A stretch of DNA of 64,000 nt. It comes from Geosiphon pyriformis uo1 (lineage: Eukaryota; Fungi; Glomeromycota). The notes beneath the pieces were generated by a model. The model made no database searches. It had not been told where the DNA came from and was given only the letters and a program-made list of their open reading frames with translations. This document shows, in pieces, positions 14,657-28,623 of the stretch (positions within the stretch are counted from its first letter, which is position 1; each line of letters starts with the position of its first letter). The stretch is from assembly GCA_016748015.1 (NCBI GenBank), contig JAAOMT010000067.1, forward strand, positions 124,001 to 188,000, written 5' to 3'. The translations under genes and the position numbers were made by a program.

Positions 14657-17600
14657 TGTTATTAAAAAAATTTTATTCTTTTTTTTTTACTGTTGTTAAT
14701 ATTATTTGTTATTTATTTTACTGTTAATAAAAGCTGGTAAATTTTTAATAAATTAATTATATTTTTAAAGTATCTTTTTATACTTTGAATTATATATATT
14801 ATTAAGTTTATAATAAAATAACTAATTTTATGCCAATTATTTGTATAATTATTTTGCAGTAAAAGTAAATTTTTTTATAAAAATTTTTTGTTTATAAGCT
14901 TTTTAATAATATGTAGTTACTTTGTTGTAAAAGTTAATTTTTTTACAGAAAATTTTAACTATAGACTATTTAATAATATAAGAATTTTTAAAAATAAAAA
15001 TAAAAAATAAAAAAAATAAAAGTATGTTTAAGAAAGTTATTTCTAACCTAAAATTAATAATTAATTAATTTTAAAATATTAGTTTTGATTTAATTATTTT
15101 AAACTAATAATAATTAAAAATTCAGGTTTTTAAGATAAGTTTTATTGAATTGAATTGTTATAATTAGTTATTATTTCGAATTAAAATATATTTTTTATAA
15201 AGAAAAGTTTTTTTTTATACAATTTGTTATAATACTATTCTATAATCTAATACTTTTTTTAATATTTTGGTAAATTAAAGATATATTTTATTAAGCTACA
15301 AATTGTTTTTGTAAACTATTAATTATTTAAATAAACTGTTAAATATTTTATTATTTAAAATATATTAGTAAATTTATAATTATTATAAAGTTTAGTATAT
15401 TGTATAATCTGATTATTATAATTAATTGTATTTGTGTTTTGTATAAATTGAATTATTAATTAAATAATAATTTGGATAATTTAATAAAATAATAAATAAT
15501 AATTTAATTTGATAATATATGTTAATTAATAATAAAAATTATCTTTATAATTTTATACTAATTAATAATTTAGATTTTTATTATTAATATAATTTTTTTT
15601 AAGACTAAATTTTATTAAAATTCAAGTACTGTTTGTAATTTTCAGATAGTAATCCAAAATTATTGAAATAATTTGGTCTAAAAATTGTTAAAATTTCAGT
15701 TTTGTAAGCTTTTTAATATATTAAATCTTAAAAAATTGTAATATTTGATTTTGTAAAATGTTTTTACAAGTATAAAATAAATTATAAAATTTAAAAACTG
15801 TTTTAATTTTGCAATAAGTGTTTTTTAGTTTAATTGTTGTCGTAAATTCATTGTTTATTTGCTTCTAAATAGTTTTTGATATAAAACTTATTATTTCGAA
15901 TTTCAGTTTTTTTTATAAAATATTTTTTTAATATAAAATATTTAAAAATTAAAAGATATTTACTGTTTTATTTATTAAAATACTATTAAAGTTTTTATTA
16001 AATTGTAATATTAAAAGAATGTTAATAAAAATAAACAAGTTTTTTTTTAAAGCTTGCTTTAAAAGTTCTAATAAGTAATTTTAAAATAACTTTTTGTATT
16101 TTTTTATAAAAATAATAATTTTATGTATTTATTATTTAAATTGTAATAAATTCTATCTAAATATAACTAATTTGTCTTTTAATAATTGTTATAGATAAAT
16201 TAAAAAGTGTTTTTAAGCCTAATATTAGTTTTTAAAATATTTGTTAAATGTTTTAAAAAATAGTTATGATAAAATTAAATATAAAATTATAAAAAAAATG
16301 AAAATTATTTTTATTAAAGTATAAAAAATAAATATTTAAATATTTAAATTTTAAATGCTTAAGCTTAAAAATAGTTTAATTACAATTATTAGTTTTAAGT
16401 TTTAAATTCTAAGAAATATTTTTCGGGTTAATTAAAAAAAATTGTGTACTAATTGTAAAATTAAAAATTTAAATTGGGTTTTAAATAATAATATTTAAGT
16501 CTGTTATTATGTATAACTTTTTTTAAAATCTTATTATTAAATCTTAATTTATATAATCTATTTTTTGAAATTTTGTGTATATAAAATGAACTATTTTATT
16601 TATGATCCAATTTTTTATTTTATTGTTTTTCAGTTTTAATTTGTATAAAAAATCTTATTTTTAACTTTAAATTTATTGATAACAGATAACAATTTATTAT
16701 TATGTTATTTTTTTTTAAGTTTAAAAATATTCTATATAAGTAATTATAATTTAATATTTTTCTTTTAGTATACTAAAAAGTATATAGACTCTTTATTAAA
16801 GTGTTTTTTGAAATTTTTTTTGTAATTAGTTGAATTAAATATGTTTTTAATACAAAACTAACTGACAATATTACTGTTTTTCTATAATTTAAGTTAAATA
16901 ATATGTGTTTATTATATTTTTTTTAATATTATATATAATAATAATACTAATAAAAATATTTTATTTTTGCTTAAAATTAATTAAAACTTTGACTAATAAT
17001 TTGCAAAATATTCTATAAGTTTATTTATTTATAAATAATAAAATAAAAATAAAAATCTTTTAATATTAAATCAGTTATAAATTTTTTGTATTAAATTGTT
17101 TATAAAATGTGTTTTTTAATTAAATAAAAATTCAATTGAATATTTATATTTACAAATAATGTTTTTATAAATAAAATTTACTACTAATTTTGTATTAATT
17201 TATTAAATAACTTTTGTTTTAGATTATTTTATTAAATAATCTACACTAATTATAATATAATAGTTTTTTTGAATTGTAATAAATAATAATTTAACTAAAT
17301 TAATATTAACTTAATTGAAAAATCATTTAACTTTAATTGAATTTAAAAACTTAATAAGATGTGTTTTTTTTTGGTAACTATTACATAAATTAATATATTA
17401 ACAGATTTTTTTAATATTCTTAACCAAAAATAATATTTTAATGTTTTTTAAATAATTATATTTTTTTAAATTATTTTAATAAAAAATTTAAATACATGTT
17501 ATATAAGATTGTTTTTTTTTATATTTTTAAATTAATTTGAGTAAATTGTTTAGATTTTTGTAATTTTAATAATAAATAGTATTATAATATAAAAATATTG

Positions 17601-20600
17601 TTTTATTTGGTATTATAATTAATGTTTTTACTTAAAAACTAGTTTTTTGTTTTTGTAAATATTTTTAAGTAGTTTTTAATATTGTTATAATTATTAAAAT
17701 CTATTTTTTATTAATTTATTAGATTAATTAATATTTTTAAATATTTTAATTTTGTTTTATTCTTAAAAAACTATTAATATTAGTGTGTAATTTTTTTGAT
17801 TTATAATGTATAGTGTATTTGTAATTAGTTAAAAACTGTATCTAATAAATTTATTTGGTATTAAATTAAAAGCTTTTAATATTAAGCTATTTAAATCTAA
17901 TATTATTAATAATAATAGCAAATTTTTTAAGTTTAAAATAAAAATTAAAGTGTTTAAAAGTTTAAATTATAACTGTTATTTCTAATTTAATAACAAAATA
18001 GTTTTATTTTGTTAATTATAAAGTTTTATTAACATAAATAATTATTTTTTTATTGTTATTCTTATTTAATTAAAACAAAATAGCATTAAAAACAGTATAA
18101 AAAGCATCTATAATTAGTTAAAATCTTTTTTTAAAATCTAAATAAGCTAAAATTAAGTTTATTAAAAGCAGTTTGTTGTTTTATAGTCTATTAATATTTG
18201 ATATTTTTATTGATTAAGTAGTTAAGTAGTTAAATATTTCTAAAAAAATTTTAATAAATTTTAGTAATATAATATTAATTCTAAGAATTTTTTTAATTTA
18301 ATAGTATTTTAAAGGACTATAAAGTTTTTAACAACACTAATTTTTTTTTGCTAATAATATAATTAAAAAAAACCAAATTTGTTTTTTCAAACTAGTATTT
18401 TTTAATATTAAGTTTTAATCTTGTTTTTTATAATTATTAAAAAAATTTTTGCAAGTAAATTAAATAAACTTTAAAAAATAGTAAATAGATATTAGTATTA
18501 TTAAAATAAACAACTATTAATTATTATAAAAATTTAATATAGACAATATTTATAAGTTATTAAAATATTACAAATGTATTATATAATTCAAAAACAATAT
18601 ATTAAACTTATAATTTTTTTAAATTATAAAGACTGTTTTTAGGCAGTTTTTAAGATCTATTATAACTTTTAATATTTATTTTTTAAGTTTAATATTAAAA
18701 AATATTTAGACTTTTTGAAAACATTTAACATATTATTAATTTATAATAAAAAATATCCATCTTTAATTATAATATTATTTAATTAACAATAGTTAACACA
18801 AAATTGTATTTTTTTTTTTAATAAAATTACTAATAAAACCTATAAACTTATTAACAATTAGATAAATTTATTATTAAACATTTATTGTATTTCTTTTTTA
18901 ATAAATTAATGACTGATAAATAATATTTGATAAGTTTGTTATCTTTTTGGTTTTATATTTTTAATATAGATTTAGTATTGAACTAAATTAGTTTTTTTTA
19001 AATTATTATTATTTTTAATAATCATATTTATGTATTTTATAATAAGCTGTTTGTGTTGTTTTTTTTATTGTAGTTTTAATTATTTTATGTTAATTTAAAA
19101 TAATTTTTAGTAGTAAAGTTTGTTTCAAATTTAAAAAAAATATTCAATAATTTATGTAAAATTTAAATTTTTTTGTAATAATTTTTACTAAAAAATGTTA
19201 TTATGTATAATTTTAATTTCTAATTGATTAATTAAAATAATAAAGTAGTTATTAAGATTGTAAAAAATAATGTTAAATTTTTTGATTTTTTTAAACAGAT
19301 AAATTTCTAGAATAAAAATTATATGTTTTTTGTAAATTTGTTTATTTAATTTAAAAATTTCTTATATAATAATAGATTTTAAACAAATATAAGATTTTTA
19401 ATATTCTTTAAATAATATAATTATAATTGTTTTTAGTAATTTGAAAATTTGGTAAAATTTATATTGTATATTAAATATTATATTTATTAGAACAATAAAC
19501 TATTTAATTAATCTAAATTATTAAAATTATTTTTATTTTATTAAATTTAACTTAATTATTAATTGATTGTAAATTTAAAATATTGATTAAAAATAAATAA
19601 ATAGTTTAAAAAATTTGCATTATTGTTTTTAATAGGATTTTAAGAGCAATTTTCAAATTAAATTAAGTTAATAATTTTGGTTGTAAGATTAAAATATCTT
19701 TTTTTAAATATTGAAAATTATATTTAATATTAATTTTATAAGTTTTTTTTGGTTTGATTTTTTAAAGTATTTTAATTGTAAACAAACCAATTTTTGGTAA
19801 AATAAATTAAAATTATTGGATTTTTTTTAATTTTATTATTATTATTTTTAATAAGTAATAATATATTAAAAATATAATATTTAAAACACTATTAGTTATT
19901 ATAAAACATAATTTATTTTTTGCAAAATTAAATATTTAACTGTTTTAATTATTAAACCTGAATTTTTTTAAAGAAATAAATATAACTAAATATTATGTAA
20001 TATAATTTAATTTCATTTTTATAGTTAAATATAACAAGTTTTAGAATATATTTAATATATTTAGCTTTTTTTATTTGTCAAACATTCTTTTGAATTTTTT
20101 TATTAATAAAAACTGTTGTTAATTTATAGATTATTTTAGTATTATAAAAATAATAGTACAATTTGTTAAAAATACTTTTATATACTATTGTAAAAAACAT
20201 TTTTTTTTTAAAAAATAATTAAAATATACTAACAAGTCTAATTATAATATTTTTTTTATTGTAATATTAATTTAATTTATATTTATTTAGTAATAATTAT
20301 TTACAAATAAAACATAATTTGTTGTTTTATTTTTTATTTTTTTTTGGTTTACTAAAATGTTTTTAATAATAGACTTTATATTAATAGCAAATATAATTTC
20401 TATATTTTTTTTAAGAAATATATATGTTTTTATAGATAAAAGCTTTTTATTATAATTTTTGTATTTGAATAAAATATATATTTGTTGTTTTTATGGTTTT
20501 GGTTTTAAGTGAAAAACATATTAATTACTAGTTTATTTATTTAATATTAGTTCAAGTTATAAATTCAAGATTTCAGATTATAATATGTTAATTATAGTTT

Positions 20601-23600
20601 TAATGTTTCAAATAACTGCTGTTTTATTTATTAAGTTCAATTAAATTATAAATTAAATAATATTTAGATTTTAATAATTGTTTTTTTTCTCTTTAAATTC
20701 AAAAACTAAGGCTTTTTTAAAATATTTGTTAAAAATATCACAAATAGCAAATATTTTAATATATTGTTTTTAGTATAAAATTTTTAATTTTTGAATTTCT
20801 TAATCTAAATTTGTATTAACTTTAAAAAACCAATTATTTTTAACAAAAACTTAATATTAAAATATATTTATAACAAAAACTTTAACTAAATAATATTACC
20901 AGAAAAAAAACATGAATTTGAAAATCTTTTTAGCAATTATAATAATTTTTTTTAGTAATATATATAATCATATAATTACTAATTATAATAAATACATAAT
21001 TATATAGATTATTTAGTATTTAAAAAAGCAAAAAAAATGTCAAATAAATTATTAAAGCAAAAAAAATTGTCATTATTATTTATTTTTGGATAAAAACCAG
21101 TCTTAATATAAGTTTTATAAAAAAAATAATTAAATACATATTTAAATTATAAAAAACAAATCAAAACCAAAAATAAAACTATTTAACCAAAACATAATCA
21201 GAATTTTTTCAAGTAATCATTAAAAATATGTGGTATTTAAAAGCTTATTTTGAAAATAACAATAAAGAAATTATAAAAAAGTTTATAAAAAACATAATTG
21301 AAAATACTTAATTTAAATATTATTGTCAAAATTTAATCTATAACAATATAATACTTTTTATTATTTATAATAAAAATAAAATTAAATAATAAAACTAATA
21401 ACTTATTTATTAAAATAAAACATAATATAAAATATTAATAATATATATTTAAGAATTAAAAAATAATAAAAATTTAGATAAATAATAGTGAATATATAAT
21501 ATATTTTAAACATTAATAAAAAGTATTTAAAGCTTAAGAAAAAAAGACATATAAAGAAAATAACTGACTGCTTATGATAAAAAAATTGGTTAAATATAAA
21601 ACTAATATTTTTTTTAATTTATAAAAGAATTGTATATATAATTAAATAATATAAGATTTAGAATTGTGATTTTATATTATTAATACTAATTGTAATTATA
21701 ATTAATACAATTAAATATAAATTAATTAATTACATTTCTTAATAACTATTTTTAAATAGTAATTACAGATTTAAAATATTAGACTGTATAAATAAAAGTA
21801 TATAAGAATTTTAAAGCATAATAAAATCTGTTATTATTAAATTACATATGTCAATTCTTAATTTTTATTGGTGTTTTTTAGTTTATTAAGATTTTTTTGT
21901 ATCTAATTTAATTAAACAACTAAATTGTATTATATTTTTTGTTATTATTAAGCTAATTGCTAATCTTTTATTTTTATTTGATGGTTGATTTTGTTAATTA
22001 AACATAATAATATAGATTTTTTTTATATAATTTTAATAAAAATTTTTATAATATGTTGTTGTAATTTTTGCATTAAAAATTATAAAAATTTCTGGTAATA
22101 TTTTTTTTATTTTTGTAAAAATAAGTTCTAGTAAATTGTTAAAATATTTTTTTTTATAGAAAAAATTAAAGTCTTCTAAGATAAAAGTTTATAATATTTA
22201 TAGTTGTTTTTATACTAATAATAAAAAACATTATATATTATCATAAAAAACACAAATTTGAGAATTTTTTTATAATAACAATATTTTTTTTAATAATATA
22301 TATAAACATATATATAACTACTAATTATAGTATATAAATAATTATATAAATTATTTTAGTATTTAAAAAAGCAAAAAAAGTGTTAAATAAATTGTTAAAC
22401 AAAAAAAAATTGTTATTATTATTTATTTTGGATAAAAATCAGTTTTAGTATAAATTTTATAAGAATAAATAATCAATATATATTTTAACTATAAAAAGCA
22501 TATTAAAATTAAAAGACAAATTATTTAATATAAACATAATCAGAATTTTTCAAGTAATTATCAAAAATATATGATATTTAAAAGCTTTTTTTAAAAGTAA
22601 CAATAAAGAAATAATAAAAAAATTCATAAAAAAAAAAAACTAAAATACTTAATTAATTAAAACATTATTGTCAAAATCTGATTTTTAACAACATAACACT
22701 TTTTATTACTTGATTAATATTATAATAAAAACAAGATTAGATAATAAAACCAACAATTTATTTGGTAAATAAAACATAATATAAAATATTAATAACATAT
22801 ATTTAAGAATCAAAAATTTGAATATGTAATAATAAATATAATATACTTTAAATATTAATAAAAAGTATTTAAAGCTTAAAAAAAAGAAAAAAAAGAAATA
22901 AAAAAAAAATAATTGACTACTTATTATAAAATTATAAGAAAAAATTGATTTAATATAAAACTAATACTTTTTTTAGTTTACAAAAAAGTTGTATATATAA
23001 CTAAATTACATAAAATCTATATACTATATTTAAATTATTCTAAATCTATTTATTATTTATATACATTAAATTAATTAATTTAGTTGTAAATTTACTTAAT
23101 ATATTATTTTTCTAATAGTTAATAATTTAGATAATTAGATTTAAATAGCTAGATTTAGAATTGTAATTATATATTATTAATATTAATTGTAATTATAATC
23201 AATATAATCAGATATAAATCAATTGATTATATTTCTTAATAATTATTTTTAAATAATAATTACAAATCTAAAATATTGAATTGTATAAATAGAAGCATAT
23301 AAAAATTTTGAAACATAACAAAATCTGTTATTATTAATTATATGTATTAATTTTTAATTTTTATTGGTATTTTTTAATTTGTTAAGATTTTTTTGTATTT
23401 AATTTAATTTAAACAATTAAATTATGCTATGTTTTTTTGTTATTATTAAACTGATTGCTAATCTTTTATTTTTTATTTGCCAACTAATTTTTTTAATTAA
23501 ATATAATAATAAAAGTCTTTTTTATATAATTTTAATAATAATTTTTATAGTATATTATTGTAATTTTTGTATTAAAAACTGTAAAAATCTCTAATAACAA

Positions 23601-24433
23601 TAATAATTTTATTAATTGTAATAATTTTTTTAATTAAAGTTTTTTTTATATTATTAACAATAACAATTACTATTTGAACAGATCAGTTTACACTTTTTTT
23701 TTAGTTTTTGTATTAATTGATAAATAATATTTTTAGTTAATTTATTATTTAAAATTAACTGAATTAATTTTTTTAACTTTAATTTTAATATATATTAATA
23801 TTAATAAAACAGAATTATTTTTTCATTTAGAATTAAATCAAATACTTATAAAATAATAAAATACAGAAAAAAAATTAGTATATTATATTTATTAATTATT
23901 ATTATTATATTATTGTTATATTAAATTAATTGGGTTTTTTATAGAATAAATTTCGAATTATAATTTTATTTGCTATAAATTCAACTGAATTTCACAAATT
24001 ATAATCTTTAATAATAAAATATATAAAAAATCCAAGATGCTTTAAAAGAATTAATACTTTTAACTTATTTATAATTTACAAATTTAATTCTAAAGCATGG
24101 TTTAAATATATAAATAAAGATTTTTAAATTCAAAATCAGCATATATTACTTTTAGTTAATAATATAATTTTTTATATTTAAATTAAAAAAAAATTATTTT
24201 AATTAATCAATATTATTTTGTACTATTTTTTTCTAAATATTATATTATATTTTTAATTAATAAATATTGATATTATTAAATCTTTCAAAAGCAAATATAA
24301 GTACTTATATTGTTAATATATTTTATATCAATTTGAACAAAAAATTAATATTGAACAATTAAATAATATAATATATATAATATTATTATTATTATTTAAT
24401 ATATAATTTTATTTAATATTTATTTATTTTTTA
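14657..24433 (-). mobile_element. Very degenerate copy (B') of family B, cut by assembly gap
   Basis: Colinear with B: LTR ~14657-15589; ORF3 (15600-15730 aligns to 42830-42960); IN, RT/RH, dUTPase and PR regions; differences almost all C>T/G>A. Interrupted in PR by element E. Confidence 0.82.
20894..23599 (-). mobile_element. Non-autonomous LTR element E (two long LTRs, 135-bp internal region)
   Basis: Direct repeats 20894-22100 and 22236-23599. First copy bounded by the inverted repeat tattaccaga/tctggtaata. Internal 22101-22235 has decayed PPT and PBS at its two ends. TSD ataa/ataa. B' protease sequence resumes after it. Confidence 0.8.
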
Positions 24434-24531
24434 NNNNNNNNNNNNNNNNNNNNNNNNNNNNNNNNNNNNNNNNNNNNNNNNNNNNNNNNNNNNNNNNNNN
24501 NNNNNNNNNNNNNNNNNNNNNNNNNNNNNNN
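24434..24531. other. Assembly gap (N run)
   Basis: 98 N bases. Confidence 0.99.
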
Positions 24532-25598
24532 AAAAAAAAAAAAAAAAGAAAAAAAAATAAATTTAGTATTATCAATTATCATAATTAAGAACAATTGGTC
24601 CAAATTATTAAAGTTCTAAAGTTATTTATGCTAATAGTATCTGGTCTAAAACAAAAATAAAAAAACAATTAATTTAATTTTAACAACACAAATTTGAAGA
24701 TTATATATAAATAAATTAAAAAATATTTTTATTTAATAATAAATATAAAAATATAAAAAAAAGATAAAAATAATTTGTTAAGTTTTTAAAATTAAGATAT
24801 GTTTTTAAGGAAATAGGTTTTTATTTTTTGTCTGTTTTTTTTTATCTGTTTTTTTTATTTGTTAAAGCTACTTATTTTTATACATATTTTCTAGTTTTAC
24901 AAAATTGTTTTTAATTATTTGTTATTATTAGTTATTTGTTATTGTTTTTGTTATTGTTTTGTTTTTTTATATTATTCTGTATTATTTTATATTATTATAT
25001 TTTTTTTATGTTATTATATTTTAATCATATTTTAATCATGTTTTTTTAATAGCTTTTGGATTGTTTTTTATTTGAATTATAATATTTTTTCTTTTTAAAA
25101 TTAAGCTTCTGTAAAATTATATGTATTTATAACAATTGTTCTTTTGGTATAATGTTTAATTGTAGTGTTAAGTATTGCTTTTTATAGGTTTTTAAACTGT
25201 ATATTTGTTATTTATTTTATGTTGTTAACTGTAATAGTCTTTAGTAAATTGTTTAATAGTATGATTAAACAATACTTAAATATTAAATACAGTTAATATA
25301 TTGCTTTATAATATAGTATTAAGTTGTTTCTTTTAATAAATTTTTCTATTTGTTTGAGAGCTTTTCTGTTAAATATTTGTTTATTAGTATTTAAGTATGA
25401 TGTTTGTAGATCTAGTCTTTTACCAATTTTAAAAAACCAGTATACTAATAGAAGTCTTTCTTTTTACTCTTTAAAAATTTCTAATATCTACTTTTCTGTT
25501 ATTGGTTTTATAATTAGCTTACTTAAAACTTTTTTAATTTTATCAAATATGTACAATCATATATATTTTTTTTTAATTGATCATAAAAATAAAAATGC
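24532..25598 (-). mobile_element. Relic of LTR element D (ORF3 C-terminal part, PPT and partial 3' LTR)
   Basis: Minus strand reads YWFFKIGKRL...KQIFNRKALKQIEKFIKRNNL...KAIY*LY...ITNIQFKNL, homologous to ORF3 of A. Followed by gaagcttaat + purine tract + tattata (decayed LTR start at 25084). Confidence 0.7.
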
Positions 25599-27020
25599 TG
25601 TTACTTATAGAATATAGGATTTATATTAGTATATAAATTAGCCAATTAGAATAGACATAGTAAAAGTAGAATTCCAAGATTCCTTTCAAAAGAATTGCAG
25701 AATTCCAAAATTACAGGATTTTTGTATGAAGAATTACAAGATTTCAGAATTTCAGAATTTTTCTTGAAAAATTACAGATTCCAGGAATTCTAGAATTCCT
25801 GGCTAAAAAATTGAAGAATTCAAGAAATCTTATAAGATAAAATTTATATATATATAGCAATAACATTAGAAACAGAAAGACAAAATTCTTAGTTAAAATT
25901 TTTAGTTCCAATTTTCTTATCCATTTTTTCATATAATAATATTCTATGACTTGAAATAAAAACATCAAATATTAATAAAATACTTATTACTATTGCAATT
26001 TATCTTTTTATTATCAACAATTTATGTTGATAATTGCTAATACTTAATAATACTAATAGCTTTTGATTATGGCTATTGATGAGATACTAACTTTTAACTT
26101 GCCTTGGCTTATTTTCTTTTATGTTCTTTATTTTTTTTTCTTTATTTGTATTGTTGTTTACTAATTGATTAAAAATTAAGGGCTAAGTTATTGACATTAA
26201 AAATTGTCTGATAAAAGACTCTTGTAAAAAAGTAGATATTTGAATTTAAGGATTACTTATCAGAAAATTGCTGGCCACCAAGCTGAGAAAGAAATTAATA
26301 GAATTACGATTTTAGAAAACTACTAAAAACAATTATTGAATCTTTGTTTATTATATAAAAAATGTCACCAAAATCTTCAAATACAAAAACCTTCAGAAAT
26401 TATTCACTTTTCAAGATATTACATCCCAAATTATGAGTTTGTTATTTGTTTTAACACCCCAAATAATCATCTGTAACATTTGGTGTTTTCTGTAAGGTAT
26501 AATTCAACAGAAAACCAGCACTTATAGCAACTATCTATAATAGTGGCAGAATTAAAAGTAACAGAAACCAACTACTTGGAATTTGTAAAATTTTTATTCT
26601 ACTACTATTATACTTATTTTGAACTGACAAATAATAATTGGCTAACAGAATCAGCTTTTAATTGTTATATTAATGAAAAAATTATATATTACTTAAGAGA
26701 TCAAAGAAATCTAAAATCTGCTTTTAACAATTTTTTTAGTGAACTACTTTAGCACACTACACTTCCACAAAACTATTTATTTACATCTCTAATTATGAAA
26801 ATAAACAGGGAAATTGAAAAGTACACTAAACAAAAATTTCCTATTACTTTTGCTAACAAAAGAAAAGAAAGATTGTAAACACCAGCAAAAACACCAAAGC
26901 AGATACAACCACCCACCTGAAAAAAACTTAGAGTCAAATTACGAATCAACTCATTATATCATGACATATTTGGAAGTACCATCAACATAATATTAACAGA
27001 CACATTCACATTAAACATAA
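25599..27020 (+). mobile_element. 5' part of family-A element A'' (LTR, PBS, gag N-terminus)
   Basis: LTR 25599-26478 (tgttac...gtaaca) is the reverse complement of the A LTR. PBS relic tggtgttttctgtaagg at 26481. ORF 26543-26752 is homologous to A ORF 40762-41019. Interrupted at 27020 by A'. Confidence 0.88.
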
Positions 27021-27929
27021 TATTACAGATAATTATTTGGGATCTAAAAACAAATAACAAATCTGTAACTTGGTGCTTAATAACAGATATGATAAGGATA
27101 ATCTTTGAAAGTTTTTGTGATCTAAAGATTTTCATTATCTGAGGGTTTGTTAATCTGAAGGTTTTGAGTTTGAGTTTTTTGTATAATAAACAGAAATTTA
27201 ATAGTTGTTTTATCAGTAGTCTTTCGAAATCACAATTTTGTCAAATTTTTTTTTTTAACATAGTGGCTGGTTTATTCTGGCAGTCATGCCTTTCTGGTAA
27301 GCTATCCTCAATTTCTGAGTTTCCTATTTTTGTTTCTGAGTCTTTTACCAAGCTATCTTTGACATTAATAACTCAGTACTTAATCTTTAATTAATTAATA
27401 AACAACAAGAAACAACAAAAGAAAATAAAAAAAATAAAGAAAATAAAGAAAATAAAGAAAATGCAGAAAATAAAAAACAATTAAGTTAATATCTTATCAA
27501 TAGCTATTATCAAGAGCTATTGTTCTAATGTAGTCAAGTATAAGTTACTATTAACATAAAGTATTAATAGTGGACAATTGAATTGATATAATTAATAAGT
27601 ATATTTATTGATAGTGTAAATATATGAATGCTAACTAGGAAGTAGAACTTAGATGTCTGTCTTTTCTGTTTCTAATACTACCACTATATATACATAATTG
27701 AGATTCCTCAATTTCTCAATTTTTTGCACTAGAAATTCTGGAATTCTGCAATTCCTTGAGAGAAATTCTGGAATTCTGGAATCTTGCAATTCTTTATATA
27801 AGAATTTTGTAATTCTGCAATTCTGCAATTCTTTTAAGAGACATTCTAGAATTTTTTATTTACTATGTCTATTTTTGATTGGTTAATTTATGTATTAATA
27901 TAATTTCTATATTTTATTCTCTTTTTTTA

Positions 27930-28623
27930 ATATTGAGCTCTGTTAAGATCTCTTAATTTCTCTAATTCTCCAGATTGAATTATATCTTAAACTTCTTTTT
28001 CGAGAATTACTTGTGTTATTTGATTTGTAATTTCTCAAATTGGACATTGGTCATTTTATTTATTTGATTAGTAATAACTATATTCATTTCTGAATTGAGT
28101 AGTATTTCTGGTTGGTTTTGAAATCCAGCTTGTAATTAATATATTGCTTATGCTTATGTGGTTAGATGTTTTTTCCCACAAATTGTTTAAATTGTTGTAG
28201 TATTTTTGTATCAAATAATTGCTTTGTTTTATCCATATATAAGTTCTGAATGTTCAGGTGTTGTTCTAAGTAAAAATAACAAAAGTTTCTTGGAAATTGT
28301 TGTATCCACTAGTTCCAAGTTTTTTTGGTCAATTTTTGGTATAGTATAACTTTTGTTTATATTTTTATTGCCATTTTTACTTTTAAAATTATCTTGTTAA
28401 TAATGTTTTCTGGTTTTTTTTTGTACTTTATATTGGAATTTCTTCTTTGTATCTTTATAATAAATGATTTATTGGTTAATTGTAATTTCCATATATTGTT
28501 GTTGAATCAGTTGGAAAAGTTGTTGTGCCAGTATGTAGATATTGTCAGTAATTTTTATTTTTCTGATATCTTTTGTTATGTGCTGATTCTTTATATAGAG
28601 TTTTGATGTCTTAATTTGACATG
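27930..28623 (-). pseudogene. Accessory ORF3 of A'
   Basis: Nucleotide alignment to 32674-33370; relic FCYFYLEQHL...KQLFDTKILQQFKQFV. Confidence 0.75.
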
